Below are positions 22,180 to 32,328 of a stretch of DNA of 45,011 nucleotides, piece after piece. Position numbers and translations under genes: made by a program. This DNA is from Trypethelium eluteriae (Eukaryota): positions 62,001 through 107,011 of the forward strand of contig JAVECL010000016.1 of assembly GCA_051942245.1 (NCBI GenBank), read 5' to 3'. The notes below the pieces were generated by a model. It was given only the letters and a program-made list of their open reading frames with translations, made no database searches and was not told where the DNA came from. Numbering within the stretch: the stretch's first letter is position 1; every line of letters begins with the position of its first letter.

Positions 22180-23439
22180 ATGCCTAATGTGGAAACATAC
22201 AACATATGCAACGTCGAAGAGGATTTCAATGAGCTGGCTTTAAGTAACGCCCAAGGCATTTCTCTTCCAGATGAAATACTCTTGGAGGTGCTTTCATATG
22301 TGCGCGACACCGCTGGATCTCAGCAAACCCTCTGGTCGTGTTGTCTGATCTCACGACAGTGGTATTCCTGCGCTGTCCCGTTCCTGTACGAGCACCCGAA
22401 TCTCTATGGCAAAAACTTCGAACCATTCGCAGCTACTATTTGTCCATCTGTCAACCTTCACATTCGAAAGAGTCCTCTAGCAGAATATGTGCGGGGTCTG
22501 GATATGGGAAGGCTTGTACATCAAGGTAGCAAAAGTTTGACGGCACGCATACTCGGCAGGGTGAAAGGTGGACTGGAGGAGTTTGTGGCACCACAAGCAT
22601 CCTTCGGTATTAATTGCTTCGCAGCGTTATCGAAATGCTCAAAGCTACGACTAGTGGATCTGTCGCTCATCGTTGAGACTATACCTCTTGACTCTCTTCT
22701 AAGATGTCTTACTCATCTGCTCAACCTGTGTATCCTATATTTCCCGCGCCTCTCGGATTCAGAAATAGAACTTGAGCTAGCACAATGGTCATGGCCACCA
22801 AATTTACGCGAGTTGTGGATCACGAATGGAGGTGTACCGGACTCTTTCCTACACAATGTCTCCGGACTCCCTTCTACCTTGGATACGCTGGCGATTCAGC
22901 GCTGTGCGAAAGTGACCAGTCAATCTTTGCGGCGCTTGCCAGAAAAGCTATCCAGTCAGTTACGGGTGCTCCGAATTTCAGAACTTCCACGGCTCAGCTG
23001 GACGTCACTGGATGGCGTACTAGCACGCTGCCCCAATCTCAAGCAGCTCAGCGTTCCGATTAACAACATCACGCAAGCTTTCTTCGATGACCCGAGCGAC
23101 CTTGAATACCTGGAAATTACAATCTCAAATGGAGCTGGTGGGGAACACGAAGTCGTACCCGTGGATGTCTGCTTTGCAATCTCGGATAATCTACTCCCGA
23201 ACCTTCGTGGTGTCTGTTATCCCGGGACAATCTTGAGTCAATCCGAGGAGTTCAGGAAGGAATTTGACACGTTGGACTGTTTGCTTCGAGAACGTCTTGA
23301 CGCGGATGAGCCGACAGAGTGCGCATTCAAGGAGAATAGAATGACCATGAACTTGACGCAGATGGTCGAAGAGAACCTAATTGGAGCTTGGCAGTGGTAT
23401 CCACAATATGAGGCACGCCATGAGTTACGACATCATTAG
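22180..23439 (+). CDS. F-box/leucine-rich-repeat protein, 419 aa
   Basis: F-box motif SLPDEILLEVLSYV...LWSCCLISRQWYSCAVPFLY followed by LRR-like repeats (CSKLRLVDLS, PNLRELWI, LDTLAIQRC, LRVLRIS, CPNLKQLSV, LEYLEI). Confidence 0.9.
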   Translation: MPNVETYNICNVEEDFNELALSNAQGISLPDEILLEVLSYVRDTAGSQQTLWSCCLISRQWYSCAVPFLYEHPNLYGKNFEPFAATICPSVNLHIRKSPLAEYVRGLDMGRLVHQGSKSLTARILGRVKGGLEEFVAPQASFGINCFAALSKCSKLRLVDLSLIVETIPLDSLLRCLTHLLNLCILYFPRLSDSEIELELAQWSWPPNLRELWITNGGVPDSFLHNVSGLPSTLDTLAIQRCAKVTSQSLRRLPEKLSSQLRVLRISELPRLSWTSLDGVLARCPNLKQLSVPINNITQAFFDDPSDLEYLEITISNGAGGEHEVVPVDVCFAISDNLLPNLRGVCYPGTILSQSEEFRKEFDTLDCLLRERLDADEPTECAFKENRMTMNLTQMVEENLIGAWQWYPQYEARHELRHH

Positions 23440-24731
23440 GCAAGAAGGGACGATGATATATTACGCGTGAGCTGTCGTATGTTTAGTTCAACGAGAGCAA
23501 GTACTCAATTTTTTCACCTCCAACGTATCACACGAGCAGCCCAAACGCAGAGCTCATAAACTCAAGTAAGCGAGGCTAACAACTTGCGCGTCTTGATGGC
23601 CTAGCAGACTGATGGGACATCAGAGGACCTCTCCGAAATCGTATAGTAGACCACCCGACGGGCGACTCTGGATATCAGATACCAGACCCCAGCCAGGTGT
23701 TTTAGAGTGTTGTAGGTGAACAGCCGTATCGATATCCTTTTGAAAAAGGCCAAGATTCTCATACCATCGGCTAACACTCAATCTCTTGGCGTGTTTCAAA
23801 CGTTCACCAATGCAATTGCTGCGCACTTTAATTCCATACAAGCGTTGTGGGGTTAATTAACACCGCACGGTGCATCGCTTGCTTGCCTGATTCCCTCCAT
23901 GATTCGCGTTGTACGCGTTACTAAAATTGAGGCCGATGGCTGAAGCTGACACCCTGAGGTGTGGCAGTAATCCCAAAACTACTACCTAGCTTCCGCGACA
24001 TTACGTCACTTGGCCTTTACAGAGAACGATCTCATGCTGGATGCGAAAGTATAGTTTTTCAACGATAATACGTAAGGCGCTTCGTTTGGAGGATCTCGTG
24101 TTGCTGCAGTCTCATCGTAACTTCGAGCAAAAGGACATTCTCCACTCAGTTTTGGATCTCATGACATTTATTCCGAGTTCTGATCGCTAGCACTCGGTAT
24201 CTAGCAATGCACGACTCTGTGGATTCGATCCCGATCACCCGGCACGGAACGGTATGGATCTCGCTAACGAGTCGCTAGCATAGTCAAACTCCCTGGCGAA
24301 ACGGTATTTGGCCCCCACCACAAAAGGACATTTCTATAGTTGGCTTATCCTTTACAGCTAACTAGCAGCCTCGCTGACGTCGGTCGCAAGCATTATTCCT
24401 CCCACTCACATCCTTTCGTGCGGCTGCCGTGGCTGCTAAGCCTCTACCCAATCCCGTGGCTTTAATAACTTATGAAGTTGATCAATGCTTCGGAGCGGGG
24501 CTGAGCTTCAGCTATGGATATAGTATCGCCCGTTTCGAGTGTTGGGTACCCGTGGACTGCAGACTTACATCTATGCTGCAGCTACCTTAATGGATTTTGT
24601 CCCCGGAACTTCGTCTTTGGTCGTTGTCGAAGCCTTAGCTTGGAATGTTGATACCTACTTGGCACCCTCTCTCTTCACAGCTCCGCTCAGCGCTTTGATG
24701 ATTACGATAAAACGACAAACGATCCTTCAGT

Positions 24732-27665
24732 ATGGCGAGAATGAAGTGTAGCGATTACACTGTAGGATGGATTTGCGCAGTGCATGTGGAGTATGTTGTG
24801 GCGGCGGGAATGCTGGACGAAGAGCATGACGACCAAACGCAACCTTTGACTGAGTGGGACGACGAAAACTCCTACACCTTTGGTCGGATAGGCCCCCACA
24901 ATGTTGTCATTACATGCTTACCAATTGGCAAATACGGAATAGCTGCTGCAGCTGTAGCAGCGACGCATATGAAGAGGAGCTTCAAATGTATCCGGATGGG
25001 CCTCATGGTTGGCATTGGCGGCGGTGTACCCAGTAAAAATCACGATGTGCGACTCGGAGATATCGTAATAGGGGCATGTGCAGGATTGACAGGATCGGTC
25101 CTTGACTACGACCATGGGAAAGTAATGCCAGATGGTAAATTACAACTCACGAAGCACACAGACAAGCCACCATCAGTTTTGCTGAACGCGCTCTCAAAAC
25201 TAAGACGAGACCACGAACTAAGAGGAAATATGATTGTGTCCTACATCAAAGATATGATGGAAAAGAACCGTCTTCTACAAAGTGAGAGGAGATACAATCG
25301 TCCACCTCCAGAAGAGGACCGATTATACGAGACGTCCTATCAGCATGTCAACGAAGATTTAAGATGTGCCGAATGCTGTGAGCCACGTTTAGTAAATCGA
25401 GGTCGCTCACGAATGAACCCGGATAACCCTATTGTACATTACGGCCGGATTGCTTCAGCGAGCAAGTTGATGAAAGATGCGCGATATCGTGATCAAATGG
25501 CCGACGAACACGAGGTTCTCTGTTTCGAAATGGAAGCAGCTGGCTTGGACGACTTTCATTGCTTGATCATCCGCGGCATCTGTGACTATGCCGACTCTCA
25601 TAAGAATGATACATGGCAAGGATATGCAGCTGCGGCAGCAGCTGGATATGCCAAAGAACTTCTCCACGCGATACCGAGCAAGGCCATTCATGAGAGCCAT
25701 CCTACGCCGATCTTGAATCAAGCAGAGCCTGACTACTTCGGGCGGAACTTTGCCACACCGAATGCATCTACTCCAATCCTAAACGGCTCTGTTGCGTCTC
25801 CCTCACCAGTGCCGAACGGCATGACCGTCTCTCAGCCGCTGAACAATGATATGGTCGCCTCGCCGGCACCTCTATACCGCAGTGGCTCTTCGTCTTCCTC
25901 GATTCCGGATTTGTCTGTCTCTCAAGTCTCTCAAGAAGGCTCTTCCGACTCAAGCGTATCTTTGCCTGTTCGACCTCATGCCCTTTCTCAAGTCTCAACG
26001 CAAGATTCCTTCAAATCCTTCGACTCCTCCATGTCGAGCGACTCGTTATCAATACCCGGCTATCCCCTATCCCAAACCGTATCAGAGGAAAGCCTTCTTC
26101 CGGGACATGAGTATGATTGCCTCTCTCTCAATGTCCCTTCGCCGATCAATACATTTGTTATGCGGGAAGAAGATATGCAAAAAATTAGACGGTGTTTTCG
26201 CCAACGAACAAACTCTCAAAAATCCATCCAAAGGATGGCACTGAGGGGGATGGGCGGGTCTGGTAAGACTCAGCTCGCAGCAAAGTATTGCCATGATTCT
26301 GCAGAGGAGAAAAGATATGATTATATTGTTTGGCTTAATGCATCTGAGCCAAATCTACTTGAACTTGACATAGAGCAAATAGCGCATCAACTACCTCAAA
26401 AACGCCATTTCTTGTCTTCAAGGTTGAAAGAGGCATCGGATTGCCTGAGCTTTCTTCACGAATTACTTAGCCAGGCGGACTCATGGCTCATGGTCTTCGA
26501 CAACTTTGACGAACCTAAACCTTTTCGCAAAAATCTGGACAAATATATTCCTTCAATAATCGCCGGGCATGGTCGGGTACTTATCACAAGCCAGCTTGAT
26601 GAACAAGGTCTAAAACCGTTTGTCGATACAGTCCTAGATGTTGAGAAGATGCAACCTCAAGAAGCGGAAGAGTTGCTTTTTGTTCGAAGTAACAATCAAA
26701 GTGATGACGAGCAAATCCGAAATGATCGTCTTAGTGACGAGCAAGAGACTGCCTGGAAAGAGCTTCTAAAACAGCTAGACTACCATGCCCTCACAGTGGA
26801 CATTCTCGCAAGTCACATTCTCACCGGCACTCTAACCGCCAAAGAGTGTTTGCAGCAGGTGGATGCTGCGCTAAAGCTCGATACTGACTCGTCGTATGAT
26901 CGGACATCAGATGAGGTCTGCAAGCTTGCCCTAAATCGCATTGCAGGGCCAGAAGAAACCATGAAGAGAGACGCATACTTGATGGTCCTTGCAATTTTCG
27001 TGCACATTCGTGACCATCCTATCATGAAAGATTGGTTCTTTTATTACGCCGCAGTTGCAGCGCAGCTTGGCGAAGTCCGACCATGGATGAAATATTTCCT
27101 CAAAGATGGTAGCGACTACGAATTATGCCCAATCAAATTTGGACAAGGGTTGAGAGACCTTACAAGGCGGTCGATCATCAAGGATGTCGGGGGCAGTGAA
27201 AACTCATCGGGTCCAACGGGCTTCACCATGCATCGTATCATGCGTCATTGCCTCGAGTCATACCTAAAAGTACAAAAGTACGGAACCTCAACACTATATG
27301 AAAGCTCTGAGCTAGATGCAGTGAGCATGTTGTTTCTCTGGTGGAATAAGATCCACGGCCCCAAAATGGGACACTCACGGTCCTCTAAGGTATTCGAAAT
27401 AAAGACATTGTTGATCACGACTTGTACTGGCCAAAGAGTTCGGGATAAAGACGAGGTCTATGAGTTCAACGTCCTTGATCGTATCGCGCCAACTGTGGAG
27501 AGGCTTGAAGCGGTAGCTCGAAGAGAAGGATTTCCCAAGATTGCTAGGAGAATCTGGTACGGACGAAAATTTTGGAAATGGGCTCAATACCCAAGCCTTG
27601 TGGGGCCCAAGTCATATGCGCAACACCAAAGAGACCAAATCTTCAAAAGCTTTTCGCGCAAATAG
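24732..27665 (+). CDS. Fungal NLR-like protein: PNP_UDP nucleoside phosphorylase effector domain + NB-ARC, no recognisable C-terminal repeats; 977 aa
   Basis: PNP_UDP motifs DYTVGWICA, GLMVGIGGG, DVRLGDIV, CFEMEAAG and IRGICDYADSHKND-WQ-YAA. NB-ARC motifs: Walker A LRGMGGSGKTQLA, Walker B WLMVFDNFD, GRVLITS, LDYHAL and MHD-like FTMHRIMR. Confidence 0.92.
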   Translation: MARMKCSDYTVGWICAVHVEYVVAAGMLDEEHDDQTQPLTEWDDENSYTFGRIGPHNVVITCLPIGKYGIAAAAVAATHMKRSFKCIRMGLMVGIGGGVPSKNHDVRLGDIVIGACAGLTGSVLDYDHGKVMPDGKLQLTKHTDKPPSVLLNALSKLRRDHELRGNMIVSYIKDMMEKNRLLQSERRYNRPPPEEDRLYETSYQHVNEDLRCAECCEPRLVNRGRSRMNPDNPIVHYGRIASASKLMKDARYRDQMADEHEVLCFEMEAAGLDDFHCLIIRGICDYADSHKNDTWQGYAAAAAAGYAKELLHAIPSKAIHESHPTPILNQAEPDYFGRNFATPNASTPILNGSVASPSPVPNGMTVSQPLNNDMVASPAPLYRSGSSSSSIPDLSVSQVSQEGSSDSSVSLPVRPHALSQVSTQDSFKSFDSSMSSDSLSIPGYPLSQTVSEESLLPGHEYDCLSLNVPSPINTFVMREEDMQKIRRCFRQRTNSQKSIQRMALRGMGGSGKTQLAAKYCHDSAEEKRYDYIVWLNASEPNLLELDIEQIAHQLPQKRHFLSSRLKEASDCLSFLHELLSQADSWLMVFDNFDEPKPFRKNLDKYIPSIIAGHGRVLITSQLDEQGLKPFVDTVLDVEKMQPQEAEELLFVRSNNQSDDEQIRNDRLSDEQETAWKELLKQLDYHALTVDILASHILTGTLTAKECLQQVDAALKLDTDSSYDRTSDEVCKLALNRIAGPEETMKRDAYLMVLAIFVHIRDHPIMKDWFFYYAAVAAQLGEVRPWMKYFLKDGSDYELCPIKFGQGLRDLTRRSIIKDVGGSENSSGPTGFTMHRIMRHCLESYLKVQKYGTSTLYESSELDAVSMLFLWWNKIHGPKMGHSRSSKVFEIKTLLITTCTGQRVRDKDEVYEFNVLDRIAPTVERLEAVARREGFPKIARRIWYGRKFWKWAQYPSLVGPKSYAQHQRDQIFKSFSRK

Positions 27666-28307
27666 ATGTGCTATTTCACTCCGGGTACTTTGACCTTGAC
27701 GCTATACCGGAGTTTTAGGTGTCCATACCGGGCATGTCCATGGACTGTGTATTCCATAATGAGGGCAGAATCGATGCCTCAATGAGCGACCTCAAGAGCG
27801 TGAATTTAGTGATAGATCCAAACTCTGTAAATAATCTATGCCTCGATACTCTTTAAAGAAAAATTATCAAACGAGGCCAATGAACTATTTACGATTGACT
27901 CCAGTAATCTTCCGCGATGTCTCGCGCAGTTGAGAGCGTCCGCGTCTCCTCAGTTGTGGTCATCCATTGAGCAATGAATGGTAGGTACTACTCTACAAGA
28001 CTGCTGCAAAACAACTATGTTCCCATATATGAGAGCTACAATCTGATAGTACTTTCTTAGCAGTAGTGCTCGGAGGTCAAAGCAGGTATTGGATCGTATG
28101 AGTCGGATTTCTAGATGTGTTTTCCGTTAAGTAGTTCTGTCACTGTTTGCTCATGCCTTTGAATACCCCTCGCGCACAAGCTTTGTCGAAAAACATCCCA
28201 CCACCAACCCCACCATTCACGCACCCAGCCACGACTCCACGTTCGATCTAGACGTCAGTTTAACTGGATCGCTAGCATTCACAAGGCTTTGTTCGAACGC
28301 TGCCATT

Positions 28308-30188
28308 ATGGCCTCTGAAGAAAAGAAGGCTGACGGCGCTTCGCTCCCCGAACAACCTAAGCAGGAGGCTCCGTCTAGCGACGCCGGGCCCTCCAAAAAT
28401 GCGTTGAAGAAGGCCGCCAAGGATAAAGAGAAGGTCAGACTACACAATTCCAGCCCCTCAACCTCCATCCTCTCTACCCCAGCTCGTCCAATTCCCCACT
28501 AAACTATCCATCCTCAGGCTGAAAAAGCTGCCAAGCGCAAAGCGCAAGAAGACGCCCAGAAAGCCGCGTCCGCCGCGTCCGACGTCTCCTCCCACGACTA
28601 CGGCGACCTCCCCACCGTCGGCCTCACCCCATACACTCCCTCCGGCGTGCACCGCATCACGCTGCGCGAGCTCGTAGCGCAGCTGCCTCCGACCCCGTCA
28701 GGGTCCGGGGCGCTGCACGCGGAGGAGGCGTCGGCGGAGCCCGAAGCGCGGGTGGCGCTGCGGTGCGTAGTGGAGAACGCGCGGGTGCAGAGCGCGAAGC
28801 TGGCGTTCTTGGTGCTGCGGCAGGGGGCGGAGAGCGTGCAGGCGGTGGTGGCGGCGAGCGAGACGCTGAGTCGGCAGATGGTGAAGTTTGCGGGGGGGGT
28901 GCCGGCCGAGAGCGTGGTGTTGGTGGAGGGGGTGGTGCGGAGGCCGAAGGAGGCGATTAAGAGTGCGAGTGTGGGACATTTGGAGTTGCATGTGGAGAGG
29001 TTCTTTGTGGTGAGTCGGAGTGAGAGTCAGTTGCCGTTGCAGGTGGAGGATGCGGAGCGGGCGATTCCTGCAGAGGGACTGGAAGGGAAGGGTGAGGAGG
29101 ATGATGGCAGGCCGATTGTGACGCTGAATACGAGGCTGGAGCATCGGGTAATCGACTTGAGGGCGAGGCATAATGCAGGGATCTTTAAGATCAAGGATGG
29201 AGTGTGTGCGCTTTTTTCGGAATATCTAAGAGACAAGGGATTCGTTGGGGTACAGACGCCAAAGCTACTAGGAGCGGCGACAGAGGGAGGGAGTAATGTG
29301 TTTGAAGTGACGTATTTCGGAAAGAAGGCTTATCTGGCACAGAGCCCACAGTTTTACAAGCAGATGATGGTAGCTGCGAGGTACGAGAAGGTCATGGAGA
29401 TCGGACCAATCTTCCGAGCGGAAAACAGCAATACAGCGAGACATTTAACTGAATTTACGGGTCTGGACATGGAAATGGCGTTTGAAGAAGACTATCACGA
29501 GGTTATGACGGTGCTTGAGGAGTTGATGCTACATATTTTCAACGGTCTACGGACGAGATACGCAAAAGAGACAGAATTGGTCCGGAGTATCTATCATGTC
29601 GATGAGTTCAAGCTTCCAGAAGCCGGTAAGGTGCCTCGAATACAGTTTCCAGAAGCCGTCAAAATGCTCAGGGGAGCTGGTGAACAAATTGGAGATTTCG
29701 ACGATCTCAGGTACTTTACCATTCCTCCTTATTATGAATATGAGCTAATCGTCTTTAGCACGCCGCAAGAGAAACTCCTAGGCCGTCTTATACTTGAGAA
29801 ATACTCAACCGACTTCTATGTCATTGATCAATATCCTCTTGCGGTTCGACCCTTCTACGCCATGCCCTCCGCACAAACTACCTCTGCTCCGCTATCAGAA
29901 CAGTACTCCAACTCATACGATTTCTTCATGCGCGGTCAAGAAATCATGTCGGGCGGACAGCGTGTTCACGATGCTGCTCTCCTCTCGAAGAGAATGAAGG
30001 AGTTTGAGCCACCATTGGATCCCACGCATCCTGGTTTCAAGGACTACGTGAATGCGTTCAAGTATGGATGTCCGCCGCACGGAGGTGGTGGGATCGGCTT
30101 AGAGCGAATTGTCATGCTGTGGTTAGGTTTACCGAATGTTCGACTGGCGAGCTTGTTTCCTCGGGATCCTGTCAGACTTGCACCCTAG
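28308..30188 (+). CDS. DPS1: Cytosolic aspartyl-tRNA synthetase, ~582 aa, 3 exons
   Basis: Lys-rich N-helix SKNALKKAAKDKEKAEKAAKRK, OB fold, EGGSNVF...AYLAQSPQFYKQM, FRAENSNTARHLTEFTGLDMEM, GCPPHGGGGIGLERIV...LFPRDP. Introns 28434-28517 and 29711-29758. Confidence 0.96.
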
Positions 30189-30939
30189 AAAATGACAAGA
30201 TCAATTTCCATCTGTAATTAGCGAAAAGCTCTCCGATACTCTTACTGACGAAAGCGGGGTAGTGGCTGGTTAGGTCTGCGTTAGGCAACGGTTCGTTCTC
30301 CAAATTTGTCATGGAAGTGGACAGAATAGCAGCACTGACTTACCCTAGGAGGACCCCACGGACTACAATAGAGACGCCTGTCTATACTTGAGCTGAACCT
30401 ATATTTGCAGAATTACGGACATTTAATCCAATCTCTAAATTCTCCACCCTGAGAACTCAATTGTCTCGGCATTTATTGAGTTATCTCCCAGATGTTACAG
30501 GCCGCTGACAATCTCATGCAGTGAATGACTGAGTAGTTGACAAGCAGGAACATCGTTTCCATGCATCCAACATGCCGCATTCCACTGTATGAACAGATAC
30601 GCTTCCTCGAACAGGAAGATTCTCTAGCCTCATGTGACACCAAGAAGACAAGATTGAGGCTTTCGTGCCCAGGGCTTGCCAACCTGTGCACGCCATAGGC
30701 CCAGGACAAGTCCCCTTGATTTGCAAGCCATTTAAGTCCTAACGGTCTGGATTGAGCGTCTATCAATTTCCAAGATCTCATCTTGAATAAACATACACAG
30801 GTACTCTGTATCGACCGATCCTCCAAGATTTAGACCCCAGCCCACGAGACATTTGTCCGGGATATGTACAGATTGCTGTGGGTCGCCCCCATGAAGCGCC
30901 AGAGGTCGGAAGGATAATTGGATTGGATCTTGAATGCAT

Positions 30940-31150
30940 AAAGCTAGATCATCATGCGTAATAATGGATACCTGAATCCTAAGAAGGGTAATTGGGTCAA
31001 ATTTCTAGACCAGAGGAGAGTTACGATAGTCTGCAAGCTAGTCCTAGCCAGTCAAGAGCTTAGCCAAAAAGGGCTATTCCAGCTAATTGCAGGGCTGGAA
31101 CTGTAGAGCCCTCTAGACCTAGATAGATAGCCCAGTAGAGCTAGCAGGAG
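30940..31150. other. CTAG/TAG-dense, CpG-poor patch (possible RIP-mutated relic)
   Basis: Seven CTAG tetramers in ~200 nt (30944, 31005, 31038, 31044, 31113, 31119, 31141). No ORF listed across it. Confidence 0.35.
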
Positions 31151-31576
31151 CTGGGCAATAATGAGATGTCAAGTCTGCTCAATCATTATACAGATACCTT
31201 GGATATCCAGTAGTCTATCCGACACTGGGTTATCATACAAACCTCTGCGCAAAACCGACAACGAGCCTTCTTCCCGATAACTTAGCATTGCAGGATTTCA
31301 ATGCAGAAACGACAGATGTCTCGCCGTATGACATCAACGTGTGACATTGGGTAACGGAATAACAACGTCCGTTGGGTAGTATCTGCCTTGTCCTGCCCCC
31401 GCAAGGCTGTTGCACAAGGCTTCCACGCATGGTTGTCGCGCAAGGCTGACAACCGCTTGGCGAGGCGTTTCTTTCGGATAAAGGCTTGGCTTGTCATCTG
31501 CCTTCGAGATCGGACCTTTGAGACAATCCCCCATCTTCATCGCCTGCAAACTTCATCTCGAGACATCTGCCCAAAA

Positions 31577-32011
31577 ATGTCACGAAGGGTGTGCCCTGAT
31601 TCAGCCCTGCGAGCCGAAAGCAGTGCAAGGACCAGAACACAGACTCTTCCTTACAAGGTCAGCAACGGACGAGTTCAGGATAAGTTATCGGCCTATGATG
31701 ATTTTCCTTGGAAGAAGATCGAAGCCTACTTGAAGCAAAAGTGGCCGGGTTGGACGAACTTCAATGAAGTGCATGCACGTATACCTACATCTAGTCATGA
31801 GACGTAATGAGTAGTTTTATGGAGTGGCTGACGCGCCCGCAGGTGGGCGATAGCTGGCAGTTTGAGGTTCCCGAAAAGTTGACCGAGGTGAGTGGTAAAA
31901 GCATGGGGCAAGGCTTGGGGCTGAGGCGTGTCACAGGCAGATCGAGAAGCTCTCAAGCGGGAGCGAGACGCGCCGCGAAAGCAGCGTGAGTCAGTCTCAC
32001 CTGAACGCTAA
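31577..32011 (+). CDS. Small (~103-105 aa) uncharacterised soluble protein, 3 exons; first gene of the putative three-gene cassette
   Basis: ATG at 31577 (AAAAATG). Exon 1 ends at 31768 (GT donor) or 31774 (GC donor). Exon 2 is 31843-31887; intron 31888-31936 (GTGAGT...GCTGAG...CAG); exon 3 is 31937-32011. Product: MSRRVCPDSALRAESSARTRTQTLPYKVSNGRVQDKLSAYDDFPWKKIEAYLKQKWPGWTNFNE(VH)VGDSWQFEVPEKLTEADREALKRERDAPRKQRESVSPER*. Confidence 0.8.
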
Positions 32012-32328
32012 GCAAACAATTTTCTGTTGTTTCAAGGGCAGATCGGGCAAAGGGTATTACAAGTGGCGTGTAGAGACCTAGAATATCATCTCTTGAATGG
32101 GCGTTAGTCTTCAAACAACTTTGGGCTTGAAAAGCGGCTTCAATCCAGAACCCCTGATCTTCCTTGTTTTAAACCTCCCCAGCCGCCGAGGCTTACTTCG
32201 CAAGACCGATTGAAGACGCCATCGTAGACTTTAAATGCTTTCAAAAAGTGCGGCATCTTTTACGACCGGCATCACATAGCTCCACCATTCATTACTCATC
32301 TAATTCATTGGACTGAATTGGTAGAGTA

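Noticed and set aside
28698..29171. 157-aa His/Arg/Leu-rich minus-strand ORF
   Set aside because: Antisense shadow of the G-rich part of DPS1.
30473..30826. 117-aa minus-strand ORF upstream of the cassette
   Set aside because: Non-ATG start and no recognisable domain; cannot be supported as a fourth cassette gene.
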